From positions 1 to 64,000 of IMG/VR virus record IMGVR_UViG_3300042937_000216: 64,000 bases of DNA; one strand, written 5' to 3'. The translations under genes were made by a program, and so were the position numbers. Under the pieces are notes generated by a model. It did no database searches, was not told the DNA's origin, and saw nothing but the letters and a program-made list of their open reading frames with translations. Below, in pieces: positions 20,832 to 31,243 of this stretch. Source of the stretch: a virus. The first letter of the stretch is position 1. The number at the start of each line of letters is the position of its first letter.

Positions 20832-21926
20832 ATGGCAGGGTTCTTTAACCAATTTTTACAACAATTAGGTACAGGTGATGAAATTCACGACTGGCAACAT
20901 GCCTCTCGTACCTTTGTTGATGGTCTATATAGATTAAGTCCTAAAATTGGCACAATGTACCATGTGTTCATTGACCTTAATCCAACAGTAGCAACAGTAG
21001 ATCAAAATAGTCAAATTGAAATTGGGCTAATGGCTAAAAGTGTAAACTTACCTAAGTTTAGTGTACAAACTAAAACATTAAACGCCTACAACAGAAAGAA
21101 CATAATACAAGAACGTATTAACTATGATCCAATTTCGCTAACATTCCACGATGATAGCGCAGATGTAGTGCGTGAATTTTGGTACAACTATTACTCTTAC
21201 TACTATAGAGATGCCGATCACGAAGAATCACTTTTCCATCAAGATCACAAATATAAACAAAGACAAGAACAAACTTGGGGATATACTCCACAAGGCGGTA
21301 ATAACACACCAACCTATATTAACGCTATAAGAATATACAGCCTACATCAAAAGAGCTTTAGTTCTTATATATTGATGCGCCCAACTATTACTAACTTCCA
21401 ACACGGCCAACACATAGCTGGCGAATACGATACTATGGAACATAGTATGACTGTAGCATACGAAGCAGTACGCTACGAAACTGGTCCAGTAACCAATGGC
21501 ACAGTACAAGGATTTAATGTAATACACTACGACAACCAAGCAAGCCCACTGAGCAGTTTAGGTGGTGGCACCACAAGCATCTTAGGCCCAGGTGGTCTTA
21601 TTGAAGGTATAGGCGATGTAACAACTAACCTAGCCAATGGCAATTTTGTACAGGCTGCCTTGGGTGGATTTAGAACAGCAAATAATTTTAAAAATACCAA
21701 TTTGAAAAACGTAGCATCGGCAGAACTACAACAACTGGGTAAAAATATATTGCGTGGCCAAAATCCATTGAGCACAGTTTTTGTTCCAACAGCCGCTGGT
21801 ATTAATCAAGGTATTAGCAAGGCAATTAGCGCAATTCCGGGTGTTAATAAGATTACCAATACAAACAATATTAATAGTCAAGATAATCAATTACCGTCAA
21901 GTAATCAAGGTATCACAAACGTATAA
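20832..21926 (+). CDS. Tail-tube-fold baseplate/tube initiator protein (gp48/gp54-like)
   Basis: KSVNLPKF, NYDPISLTFHDD, MTVAYE tube-fold motifs; located after gp19. Confidence 0.6.
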   Translation: MAGFFNQFLQQLGTGDEIHDWQHASRTFVDGLYRLSPKIGTMYHVFIDLNPTVATVDQNSQIEIGLMAKSVNLPKFSVQTKTLNAYNRKNIIQERINYDPISLTFHDDSADVVREFWYNYYSYYYRDADHEESLFHQDHKYKQRQEQTWGYTPQGGNNTPTYINAIRIYSLHQKSFSSYILMRPTITNFQHGQHIAGEYDTMEHSMTVAYEAVRYETGPVTNGTVQGFNVIHYDNQASPLSSLGGGTTSILGPGGLIEGIGDVTTNLANGNFVQAALGGFRTANNFKNTNLKNVASAELQQLGKNILRGQNPLSTVFVPTAAGINQGISKAISAIPGVNKITNTNNINSQDNQLPSSNQGITNV

Positions 21927-21935
21927 GGAACAACT

Positions 21936-22298
21936 ATGGCTATCGGCAATTTACCACCAAGTTCAAGTTTAAATAACACAACTGAATACTTTAACAATTT
22001 CTTTTCACAAAATTATAATGTTAATCAAAACGTCAACGATGCGGTTGTTGGATACTTCCAGTCTGTAACTGGAGATAAATCTAGCGGCACATTACTAGCG
22101 GCGTCAGTTATCTATACTGCTCAAACACAGGGTATGGATATTATGTCGCTATTAGATGAATTCCGTAAACTAAAAACACAAGAACTTAGTGCGTACCTAG
22201 CAATGTTGTTAAACTTTAATAGAGTAGAAACTAGTCTATTAGGCATTAGCAACAGTCCACCTATTAACAAATACATTCAACGAGCAATTCTAGCGTAA
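21936..22298 (+). CDS. Hypothetical virion-module protein
   Basis: ORF with AAGGA RBS inside the structural operon. Confidence 0.65.
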   Translation: MAIGNLPPSSSLNNTTEYFNNFFSQNYNVNQNVNDAVVGYFQSVTGDKSSGTLLAASVIYTAQTQGMDIMSLLDEFRKLKTQELSAYLAMLLNFNRVETSLLGISNSPPINKYIQRAILA

Positions 22299-22300
22299 TT

Positions 22301-22732
22301 ATGAGTAAGTATGCCAACGGCAAATACACAATCAAACACCCAGAAAAATACATAGGTAAAAAAGTTCCTACCTATCGTAGCAGTTGGGAATTTACTTTTT
22401 GTAGTTTTTGCGATAATAATCCAGCAATAGTTAATTGGGCCAGTGAAGCAATACAGATCCCTTATTTCAATCCTGTAAAAGGCAAACAGACAATCTATGT
22501 ACCAGATTTCTTAATAGTCTATGTAGATGCTAATCAACGTAAGCACACTGAACTAATCGAAATTAAACCCAGTACTGAAACCACGATGGAATCAGCACGT
22601 AGTTATCGTGATAAACTTATGGTAGCAATGAACATGGCCAAATGGGCCGCCGCTGATGCGTGGTGTAGAGCCAACAATATTCGATTTAGAGTTGTAACCG
22701 AATACGACATCTTCAAGAATATGAAACGTTAA
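22301..22732 (+). CDS. gp4: Head completion nuclease, T4 gp4 / TnsA-like
   Basis: PEKYIG, YRSSWE, WASE, YVPDF, IEIKP, AKW.AA motifs. Confidence 0.9.
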   Translation: MSKYANGKYTIKHPEKYIGKKVPTYRSSWEFTFCSFCDNNPAIVNWASEAIQIPYFNPVKGKQTIYVPDFLIVYVDANQRKHTELIEIKPSTETTMESARSYRDKLMVAMNMAKWAAADAWCRANNIRFRVVTEYDIFKNMKR

Positions 22733-22742
22733 ATAATAAACT

Positions 22743-23249
22743 ATGACACAAAAACTATCAGACCTATTTAATTTACCGCCTGCGGAAGAAACAACAGTTG
22801 AACAAGCAGAGAACACTATAGAAGACAATCGCGCTATGATTGAAGACGTTGATCGTGCGATTGATAAAATAGATGCTGCACTGCCATTTGTAGCAGATTT
22901 AGACACTAGTGATAAAGAACTAGATGAACTAAGCGATCTAGCTAAAGAAAAGTTCAATGACCTAATTGATCTAGGCATGAACGTGGAAGCACGTTTTAGC
23001 GGGCATATCTTAGCCACAGCGGGCACACTGCTAGGACATGCTATTACAGCTAAACAAGCCAAGTTAGATAAGAAGCTACGTATGGTAGACCTACAGCTTA
23101 AGAAAATGCGCTTAGATCAACAAGCAGCCAAAGATGCTGAAAAAACCGACGGTAGCAAGCTACTAGACGCCGAAGACGGTAAAGGCGTTATACTTGATCG
23201 CAACGAACTATTAAACCAGCTTTTGGGCAAGAGTAATTTGCCAAAGTAG
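22743..23249 (+). CDS. Probable terminase small subunit
   Basis: Helical 168-aa protein after gp4 and upstream of terL, with C-terminal DRNELL. Confidence 0.5.
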   Translation: MTQKLSDLFNLPPAEETTVEQAENTIEDNRAMIEDVDRAIDKIDAALPFVADLDTSDKELDELSDLAKEKFNDLIDLGMNVEARFSGHILATAGTLLGHAITAKQAKLDKKLRMVDLQLKKMRLDQQAAKDAEKTDGSKLLDAEDGKGVILDRNELLNQLLGKSNLPK

Positions 23250-23281
23250 CATAAATAACACTATACAGGATCCTTACGAGT

Positions 23282-23905
23282 ATGAAGAACTTTTTAAATT
23301 ATCTAGCAGAGAATCAAAAAACTTACGAATTCCGTGTTAAGATTGCTAACTTTGACCCTAACGAAAGAATGGACCAAATCAAAGCAGCTCTCGAAGCATA
23401 CGCGGTAGAAAGCGTAAGTACACCAAAGCGTTTGCCAATCATGGAAAGCGATATTGATTTTCCTAACATCAAAAATTGTCAAGTATATCTATTAGATGCG
23501 GTACTTAAATACCCATGTAATAATGATCAGGTTCGTGCTGTTATTGCTGAACGTGCTAATATTCCGGCAGCTAATGTGTTTGTTGTTCCTAAGAACCACC
23601 CAGAAGAACTATGGCGTTGGAACGAAAGTGGTGACAGCGATCTACGTGAATTTAAACAAGGCGAAGCAGTATTAGATAAACCTTACGAAGACAATCCGGC
23701 AGCAACACAGGCTGGTAAAGACTATGCGAGTTTTAATAGTATTCTTAAAGAATTATCAACACCTAAAGAAGATATTGCTGAAGGTAAAGATGACACACCA
23801 GAAAGCAACAACGGTAAAACAACCAACGAATTACCACAAGGCAATACTAGCCCTGTAGGTAGCAATCAAAATAAGATCCCATCCGCTAAAAAAGGACAGA
23901 AATAA
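23282..23905 (+). CDS. Hypothetical head-associated protein
   Basis: MKNFLNYLAE N-terminus of the T4-like capsid-targeting type; CATAAATA late promoter upstream. Confidence 0.6.
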   Translation: MKNFLNYLAENQKTYEFRVKIANFDPNERMDQIKAALEAYAVESVSTPKRLPIMESDIDFPNIKNCQVYLLDAVLKYPCNNDQVRAVIAERANIPAANVFVVPKNHPEELWRWNESGDSDLREFKQGEAVLDKPYEDNPAATQAGKDYASFNSILKELSTPKEDIAEGKDDTPESNNGKTTNELPQGNTSPVGSNQNKIPSAKKGQK

Positions 23906-23906
23906 C

Positions 23907-25928
23907 ATGAGCAATATGTACGATATCTTAGGTAAATTAAAATCAGTGTTTGCTACCGAAGTAGCAACTCCAAAATCATCAGAGCCATTATACGAAAGTG
24001 TAGAGCCAAAAGGTGATATCATGGAAGCTGTTAAAAGTTTAGAAGCTAAATTCCAAACATTTAACGAATCTGCCAAACCAGACTTCTTAGACATGGACAA
24101 AGATGGCGACAAGAAAGAGCCAATGAAGAAAGCTGCTAAGGAAAAAAAAGCTGAACCTTTTAGTAGCGACGACTACGATGAATACGGTGTACGTCACTCC
24201 TCATCTTTTAATCAACCACCTAAGAAAGCAGTTAAAGATAAGAACAATGCTAAAGGTGCGTTTAAAGATATGTTTGGCGGTGACGCAAAAGATCTAACCA
24301 GCAAACTAAAAATTAAAGAAGGTCAAGGTCCATATACACTTGATGATCCTAAACACCCTAAGTTCAAAGCAAACTACGAAAAATTTAAAAAATCTAATCC
24401 TGATTGTAAACTAGCAGACTTTGTTGCGGCAATGAAAAAGAAAGAAGCAACGATGAATGAAGCGGCTTACGACGAGCCAGAAGCACCTAATGCCGATGCT
24501 ATTGCTAAACGTAAACGTCTACAAGCATTAAAAGACCGTCAAGAAGACGAACGTGCTGAGCGTGGTGGTAGCAATACAAACACCCCAATCCGTAAAGTTG
24601 CTGGTAAAGCCTACGGTGGCGCTGCACAGAAAGATGACGTTAGCGATTTAGATGAAGTAGCACCTCCAGGTGCTAAAGCCGAACGTATGGTTAAACACAT
24701 TAAGAAAGGTTATAGTAAAGACGGTAATCTATCTAAGAAAGAAAAAGGCATTGCTTATGCTACAGCATGGAAAGCAAAAAAAGCAGGTAATTTAGATGAA
24801 GGTACAGAGTTTGGCGACACTATTAAAAATTCTGCTCCTGATATGAAAAAAGCTAAACCTACTAAACTTAAAGAAAGTCGTATGATCCAAGAGAGTGATT
24901 ATTATTACGAAGAAATTGGCAAAGCATTAGCTGAAGACAATCCAAATTTAGACACATCAACTGGTGATTTTGAAGCGGCTGTACGTAAAGAAATGGTAGC
25001 ACGCGGTATGAAACCAGAACGTGCTAGAAACATTTTATTAATGGATGAAGACTTCTTGGGCGATGTAGCTAGTGCTTATGCTCACTATTGTAAAGAACTT
25101 GCTGAAAGCAGTATTGTTCCAATGACAGCACCTGTGTCAGCACCAATAGTATCAAACACTGAAGAATTAGATGAGATTGCTAGATTAGCAGGTTTACCTC
25201 CAACAGTTAAACCAGCAGTACTTGAAGTAACTGAACTTGATGAAGCTGTTAGTCGTAAAGATTTCCGTATGGTTGCTGATTTAATCAAAGCAAATCCAGA
25301 CCGTGCGAAAGCTACAGAGTTAGCACATCACCATGCTGGTATTTTTGCTCAACAAAATCCACGTTTTAAACGTGATATGTTCTTAAATGCCTGTGGCGTA
25401 GATACTACTCCAGAAGTTTCTGTAGATGAAGGTAACGAATTTACTAAAGCACGTCTTGATGCTATACAGTCAGGTAAAGATACATTTGTAGTTGGTGGTA
25501 AAACTCATAGTGTTTCTGGTGACGTATCGCAAGAAAAACAACAAGTTGAAGAAGCTATTAACGTAACAATTAATGCGTCAGCAGATAGTGCTGATGGTAT
25601 TCATGTATTACAGTTGTTAGCTGGATTACAATCAGCAGAGCTACCAGCCGAACCAACAGTGCCAGTGGCTGCTCCTGAAGTGCCGGTAGCACAAGAAATT
25701 CCAGTAGGTGACGAGGGCGGTGAAGTTGCTGAAGAACGTGACATTGAGTATGTAAATACACCAAATGAAAAAATTGCTCCACTAAGCGCAGCAATTCCGA
25801 ATGGTACTGATTTACATAAATCTAAACGTCAAGATCCACGCACAGCTAATAAAGCTGCTAATCCGTTAGCAGTTGAAGAAAGCCTATGGAAAGACTACGA
25901 AAGTTTAATTAGCGATATCAAAGCCTAA
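23907..25928 (+). CDS. Large charged internal head / prohead-core-like protein
   Basis: Many (L/I/V/F)xE motifs, DMDKDGD motif, EIARLAGL motif. Confidence 0.55.
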   Translation: MSNMYDILGKLKSVFATEVATPKSSEPLYESVEPKGDIMEAVKSLEAKFQTFNESAKPDFLDMDKDGDKKEPMKKAAKEKKAEPFSSDDYDEYGVRHSSSFNQPPKKAVKDKNNAKGAFKDMFGGDAKDLTSKLKIKEGQGPYTLDDPKHPKFKANYEKFKKSNPDCKLADFVAAMKKKEATMNEAAYDEPEAPNADAIAKRKRLQALKDRQEDERAERGGSNTNTPIRKVAGKAYGGAAQKDDVSDLDEVAPPGAKAERMVKHIKKGYSKDGNLSKKEKGIAYATAWKAKKAGNLDEGTEFGDTIKNSAPDMKKAKPTKLKESRMIQESDYYYEEIGKALAEDNPNLDTSTGDFEAAVRKEMVARGMKPERARNILLMDEDFLGDVASAYAHYCKELAESSIVPMTAPVSAPIVSNTEELDEIARLAGLPPTVKPAVLEVTELDEAVSRKDFRMVADLIKANPDRAKATELAHHHAGIFAQQNPRFKRDMFLNACGVDTTPEVSVDEGNEFTKARLDAIQSGKDTFVVGGKTHSVSGDVSQEKQQVEEAINVTINASADSADGIHVLQLLAGLQSAELPAEPTVPVAAPEVPVAQEIPVGDEGGEVAEERDIEYVNTPNEKIAPLSAAIPNGTDLHKSKRQDPRTANKAANPLAVEESLWKDYESLISDIKA

Positions 25929-26287
25929 TGAAAATTAACGAAATCGTTACTGAAGCTAAACTAAGAAAGGGAGCTCGTAGAGCTATCCCTGGCTTAGAAA
26001 GCTACCCGGGCCTGGATAATAACAATAATCCATATTTGGCGTATCGATTTGGCATTGAACTAGCAGGCAGTCCTAATAGTGATCGTGACGTTGATGATCA
26101 AGGCGGCTGGGGCAGTGAATTTGCTACTATTGCCTATACAGAAGGCGAACGCGAAATCATTGATCATGCTAAAAAGAAATTTGGTATTCCTACTAAAAAA
26201 CAAAGTAATAAAAAATCTTCTGAACTAGATAAAGTTAATAAAACTAGTCCAGTAGCTCAACGCAAAAAGAACAAATACGGTGTCTAA
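25928..26287 (+). CDS. Small putative internal head protein
   Basis: MKINEIVTE N-terminus. Confidence 0.55.
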   Translation: MKINEIVTEAKLRKGARRAIPGLESYPGLDNNNNPYLAYRFGIELAGSPNSDRDVDDQGGWGSEFATIAYTEGEREIIDHAKKKFGIPTKKQSNKKSSELDKVNKTSPVAQRKKNKYGV

Positions 26288-26597
26288 TCATATACATTTA
26301 AAGTCGACTGACTTTTATAAAACAGAAGATCTTATACCTGAAGCAGTATTAGATGAAAATGATCCTCTATTGGATATGAAACGATTAGCTGGTATTAGTT
26401 TAACTCCTGGTCTTAATGTAGGCCGTCTACAAGAATATACTACCCCAGGTAGTGTAACTACAGCAGGTAGTAATACAAGTATAACTGCTATGGAAAAGAT
26501 TAACTATCAAAACGAAAACAACGTACAACCAGGAAGTCCAGAATGGTTCCGTTTATGGTTTAGTAAACCATATCTAACAGGTGAAAGTCCCTGGTAA
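26280..26597 (+). CDS. Hypothetical protein
   Basis: DMKRLAGI motif; C-terminal QPGSPEWFRLWFS. Confidence 0.6.
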   Translation: MSNHIHLKSTDFYKTEDLIPEAVLDENDPLLDMKRLAGISLTPGLNVGRLQEYTTPGSVTTAGSNTSITAMEKINYQNENNVQPGSPEWFRLWFSKPYLTGESPW

Positions 26598-26635
26598 TTT
26601 AGCAATACCACCTCGCAGCCAGGATAAGTAATTAC

Positions 26636-28204
26636 ATGGCACAACCCAGAGCAACCGAAAACGTTCTAGTAAAGAAACCTCATACCATTGAGAGTTACAC
26701 ACAAGAACAACTACAAGAATTCGCAAAGTGCGCTGACCCTATTACTGGGCCAGAATACTTTATGAGTAATTATTTTTACATACAGCATCCTACTCGGGGC
26801 CGTATGTTGTATCAACCATTTGACTATCAAAAAGGCCTAATTAACAGCTACCATAACTATCGTTATAGTATATCGTTAATGCCCAGACAAACAGGTAAGT
26901 CAACAAGTGCCGCAGGTTACTTGTTATGGTACGCTATGTTTGTACCAGATAGTACTATCCTAATTGCCGCACACAAATACACAGGTTCACAAGAAATTAT
27001 GCAGCGTATTCGATATGCTTACGAAAGCGTACCCGATTATATACGTGCTGGTGCTACTAGCTATAACAAAGGTAGTATAGATTTTGATAATGGTAGTCGT
27101 ATAGTAAGTGCCACAACTACTGAAAACACAGGTCGTGGTATGTCTATATCACTACTATATTGCGATGAGTTTGCGTTCGTTCGCCCTACCATAGGACGAG
27201 AATTTTGGACTTCTATTAGTCCCACACTAGCAACTGGTGGTAAATGTATTATTACTTCAACGCCCAACAGCGATGAAGACCAGTTTGCTACCCTATGGAA
27301 AGGTGCGAACAAATGCGTAGATGAGTTTGGCAATCCAACTGAGTTAGGAATAAATGGATTCAGAGCATTCCGTAGCTACTGGCGAGAACATCCAGATCGT
27401 GACGAAAAATGGGCTATGGAGCAAAGAGCACAGTTAGGTGATGAACGTTTCCGCCGTGAAATGGACTGTGAGTTCATTATCTGGGACGAAACATTAATTA
27501 ATCCTAGTCATTTAGTTGATATGGAAGGTAAAGACCCTATAGAGCGCCAGGGCCAAGTACGATGGTATAAAAAGCCAGAAGCTAACAAAACATATCTTGT
27601 AAGTTTAGATCCTAGTCTAGGCACAGGTGGCGACCCTAGTGCTATACAGGTATTTGAACTGCCTACATTTATACAAGTGGGTGAGTGGCAACATAATCGT
27701 ACTATTGTACAAAGACAAATTGCTATTCTCAGTGAAATTACCAAGTACCTAAGTGAAACAGTTTCTGTTAATAACATTTACTATAGCTTAGAAAATAATA
27801 CATTAGGAGAAGCCGCGTTAGTGGCACTAGCGGAGTTGGGCGAGGAAAATATCAAAGGAACATTCTTGAGTGAGCCTAAGTCAATGGGCGGCGGCCGCAG
27901 ATATCGTAAAGGATTTAATACTACAAATAAATCAAAATTAAGTGCCTGCGCTAAGTTAAAAAACCTAATAGAAAGTAGAAAGATGACTGTTAATAGTAAG
28001 AATCTTATTAGCGAACTTAAAACGTTTGTGGCCAATGGTCCTAGTTATGCTGCTAAACCCGGTGAAACTGATGACCTAGTGATGAGTTTACTGTTGTCAG
28101 TCCGCATGGCAATGTTATTACAATCATATGACAGTAGTCTCGACAATGCTATGAGAGATACATTGGATGACATGATCGAGCCAATGCCATTCATACTTTT
28201 TTAA
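26636..28204 (+). CDS. terL: Terminase large subunit (T4 gp17-like)
   Basis: Walker A PRQTGKS, Walker B LLYCDEFAF, ITSTPN, nuclease DPS.G.GGD and DDLVM. Confidence 0.95.
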   Translation: MAQPRATENVLVKKPHTIESYTQEQLQEFAKCADPITGPEYFMSNYFYIQHPTRGRMLYQPFDYQKGLINSYHNYRYSISLMPRQTGKSTSAAGYLLWYAMFVPDSTILIAAHKYTGSQEIMQRIRYAYESVPDYIRAGATSYNKGSIDFDNGSRIVSATTTENTGRGMSISLLYCDEFAFVRPTIGREFWTSISPTLATGGKCIITSTPNSDEDQFATLWKGANKCVDEFGNPTELGINGFRAFRSYWREHPDRDEKWAMEQRAQLGDERFRREMDCEFIIWDETLINPSHLVDMEGKDPIERQGQVRWYKKPEANKTYLVSLDPSLGTGGDPSAIQVFELPTFIQVGEWQHNRTIVQRQIAILSEITKYLSETVSVNNIYYSLENNTLGEAALVALAELGEENIKGTFLSEPKSMGGGRRYRKGFNTTNKSKLSACAKLKNLIESRKMTVNSKNLISELKTFVANGPSYAAKPGETDDLVMSLLLSVRMAMLLQSYDSSLDNAMRDTLDDMIEPMPFILF

Positions 28205-28267
28205 TACCTTTTATTATGAATTGGTATAAGCAGTACACGCTGCTAAGAAGAATAGATAAATAATACT

Positions 28268-30325
28268 ATGAGAGAAACAGATAAAATAGCAGAAGCGTTA
28301 TTTGAAAAAATACGTGACAGATTTGAGGATGTTAGCCTAGGCGACGATAAAGCTAAAGCCACACAAGATCCTGAAAATGCCCGCTTCTTCAACTTTGACT
28401 ATGTAGTCGATGATAAAAACTACGGCAATATTACTATTAGCCTTATTGACGAGTCTAGTCTTAAAGTATATTTTAGTAAAAACATTAGCCACGAATTACA
28501 AGATGAAGAGCGCGACAAATGGTATGCGTTCTTACGTGAACTACGTGAATTTTCTAAACGTAATTTACTAAGTTTTGAGCCACGTGATATCACTCGCGCA
28601 ACACTTAAACATCGTGATCTACAACAGGTAAGCAAAGCTGATAGTACCTACGATAAAGACGAAGTAGTTAGTGAAAGTCGTATGTATGGCACAATGAATC
28701 GTAGCTATGAGGACTTTGGTCCTGTGCGTATCAAGGTAGCACATGCTAAACCTATTACCGACGAAACACGTGGTGCACGTTCACGTAACATTGCGGCATT
28801 GTTTGTAGAAAACAATCAAGGCGAGCGTTTCCGTATGCCATTCGAAAGCCTAATTGGCACCCGTGCTATGGCACGTCATATCAGCGCAGGTGGCACACCG
28901 AGTGACGAATTTGGTCAACATATCTGTGAAATGGTTGAAGAATTAAACAAACTGCGCCCATTTGTTCACAGTATGCGTCATAGACAATTTGAAGATGCTA
29001 CTACTAACGATATGTTAGAATCAGCATTTGAATATCACGGCCTGCTTAAAAATACTCTTAAGAAACTGAAGGGTAAAAAAGGCTATAACGAATATAAAGA
29101 ATCATATACTCCTCCGTTGAACGAAACAGACGAGTTTAATGAAGATGAATTACGTGAGAAGTTTGTTAAGAAAGTGTTTCCTGACAGACTATCACAAGCA
29201 CTACCAATTGTACACAAGGCTTATAATATGAAAAAAGAAAACGCAAATCAATACTCGGCACAATTTGAAAATTGGGCCAATGGGGTAGCTGAAAGCTGGG
29301 ATGATAGCAACGATGCCGGTAATGAACCGATTAGTGTTGATGATCTAGCAGACTTATTAGCTGAACCAGTCCCGTTTGGGGTTGATGGTATTAACGCAGT
29401 AGCAGCAATACGTGATGCTATTAATAGCAACGAATTAGAAAGCAAACTAGTAGCACAGGCCAAACAAAATCCAGACGCCGATGCCCGTGACAGTATTGTT
29501 AGTTGGGTATATGATAATGCTCCAACAGTGTATCAAGAGCTTATGAACGAAATTGGTGATGTAGACTCGGGCGAATTAGGCGAGTCTGGCACAGGTGATG
29601 CCCCAGTTGATAGCATGACACGTGCTGAATTGTTAGACTTTTTAGGCGCAAGCCCAGAAGAAGTAATGAACGTCAGTGATGATGAACTACGTGTTGCGGC
29701 TAACGAAAAAGCAGAATCATTACCCGAAGGTGACACATATGGCGCAAGCGGTACAGATGAACCGGTGGTAGATGAAGCACATGATGACTATGCGGGCGAA
29801 GATCAAATTGAATCTATCCAATCAGCTATCCTACGTAGAATCTTGGGTAATATTGGACAACATCAAGAACTATTAATGAAAGCAGGTCCAGATGGTGTTA
29901 TGAATGCCGCACGTGATGTAGCATCATTCCACGCACCGGTAGAAGAATTAGGCTCAAGCGATATTAGCATTATGGTCCGCGAAGTATATCGTGAAGTAGG
30001 CGTAGAATATTCAGAGTTACCTGAACAATTAGAAAAACACTTATCAGAAGAATACTGTGACGCATGCGACAGTGCTAAATGTTGCTGTGACAATGGTAAT
30101 GAAGAAATGGACGAATCTGTAGCAGGTGACGATCACGTTAACAAAGATGAAAAACTAAAACGTATGGGCGCAAAACCATTAAGCTTCAAAGACAAACTTA
30201 AAACTATTCCTCAAGGTATTAAGGCAATGGCCAAGGGCGAACCAGAAGACGATGTAACACTATACAATAAACAGTTCGATGAAGACATCGCACAAATGCG
30301 TAAGATAGCGGGCTTAGTAAAATAA
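28268..30325 (+). CDS. Large acidic hypothetical (probable head-associated) protein
   Basis: Late promoter 5 nt upstream; xxE motifs; C-terminal QMRKIAGLVK. Confidence 0.6.
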   Translation: MRETDKIAEALFEKIRDRFEDVSLGDDKAKATQDPENARFFNFDYVVDDKNYGNITISLIDESSLKVYFSKNISHELQDEERDKWYAFLRELREFSKRNLLSFEPRDITRATLKHRDLQQVSKADSTYDKDEVVSESRMYGTMNRSYEDFGPVRIKVAHAKPITDETRGARSRNIAALFVENNQGERFRMPFESLIGTRAMARHISAGGTPSDEFGQHICEMVEELNKLRPFVHSMRHRQFEDATTNDMLESAFEYHGLLKNTLKKLKGKKGYNEYKESYTPPLNETDEFNEDELREKFVKKVFPDRLSQALPIVHKAYNMKKENANQYSAQFENWANGVAESWDDSNDAGNEPISVDDLADLLAEPVPFGVDGINAVAAIRDAINSNELESKLVAQAKQNPDADARDSIVSWVYDNAPTVYQELMNEIGDVDSGELGESGTGDAPVDSMTRAELLDFLGASPEEVMNVSDDELRVAANEKAESLPEGDTYGASGTDEPVVDEAHDDYAGEDQIESIQSAILRRILGNIGQHQELLMKAGPDGVMNAARDVASFHAPVEELGSSDISIMVREVYREVGVEYSELPEQLEKHLSEEYCDACDSAKCCCDNGNEEMDESVAGDDHVNKDEKLKRMGAKPLSFKDKLKTIPQGIKAMAKGEPEDDVTLYNKQFDEDIAQMRKIAGLVK

Positions 30326-30344
30326 CAAATATAATATCAATTAG

Positions 30345-30371
30345 AAAAGGCACTTTTATAGTGCCTTTTTT
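30345..30371 (+). terminator. Intrinsic terminator
   Basis: aaaaggcac/gtgcctttt hairpin plus U-tract. Confidence 0.8.
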
Positions 30372-30391
30372 GTTGGCTGATAAGTAATTAT

Positions 30392-31243
30392 ATGAGTATA
30401 AAACTAGTATTACCATTTGTTGAAACTATGATTACGCAGGTGTGTAATCTAAGTTGTCACGGCTGTACTAACTACAGTGACCTAACACACACTGGATTTG
30501 TTACTTGGGCGCAAGGACGTCAAGAACTAGAAGCATGGCTGGATCGAGTTGATATATTAGACTTTGGTATCTTAGGTGGCGAACCATTGGTCAATCCGGA
30601 AGTAGACAAATGGATTGTGGGACTACGTGAACTGATGCCCAAGGCTCAAATACGTTTTACTACAAATGGCATTAACCTAGATAAAAAGTTTCATATAGTA
30701 GATCTACTACACGACATTGGTAACTGTGTGATTAAAATTGGTGTACATGTAGATGATCCTAGATTAGAAACAACCATACAACGTATCTATGATAGATACG
30801 ATTGGCAACCTGTAACTGAATACGGTATACAACGCCATACCACAGGTGACCGTGTTAGATTTCATGTAAAGCGTCCAGATACATTCTATAAAACATATCA
30901 AGGCACATACAGCGATATGAAACCGCACGACAATGATCCAGCAAAGGCATTTGCTATTTGTTGTCAACAAACGTGCCCGCTATTACACAAGGGTAAACTA
31001 CATAAATGTAGTACTGCTGGGTTAGTAAAAGAAACACTAGACAAAGTAGGCAATCCTAATGTGGAGTTGTGGGAACCGATGATAGATCATGGTATAGGTT
31101 CTGATTGCTCTGATTTAGAATTAGAACGATTTTTAGCTAACTTTGGCAAGCCCAATAGTATTTGCCGTCAATGCCCTACTGTAGACGACATTGACTCTAA
31201 AATTATACATTTAGAAAATGTGTCAACTAAAAAAATAAAATGA
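30392..31243 (+). CDS. Radical SAM protein
   Basis: CNLSCHGC, GGEP, TTNG motifs plus C-terminal Cys cluster. Confidence 0.85.
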   Translation: MSIKLVLPFVETMITQVCNLSCHGCTNYSDLTHTGFVTWAQGRQELEAWLDRVDILDFGILGGEPLVNPEVDKWIVGLRELMPKAQIRFTTNGINLDKKFHIVDLLHDIGNCVIKIGVHVDDPRLETTIQRIYDRYDWQPVTEYGIQRHTTGDRVRFHVKRPDTFYKTYQGTYSDMKPHDNDPAKAFAICCQQTCPLLHKGKLHKCSTAGLVKETLDKVGNPNVELWEPMIDHGIGSDCSDLELERFLANFGKPNSICRQCPTVDDIDSKIIHLENVSTKKIK

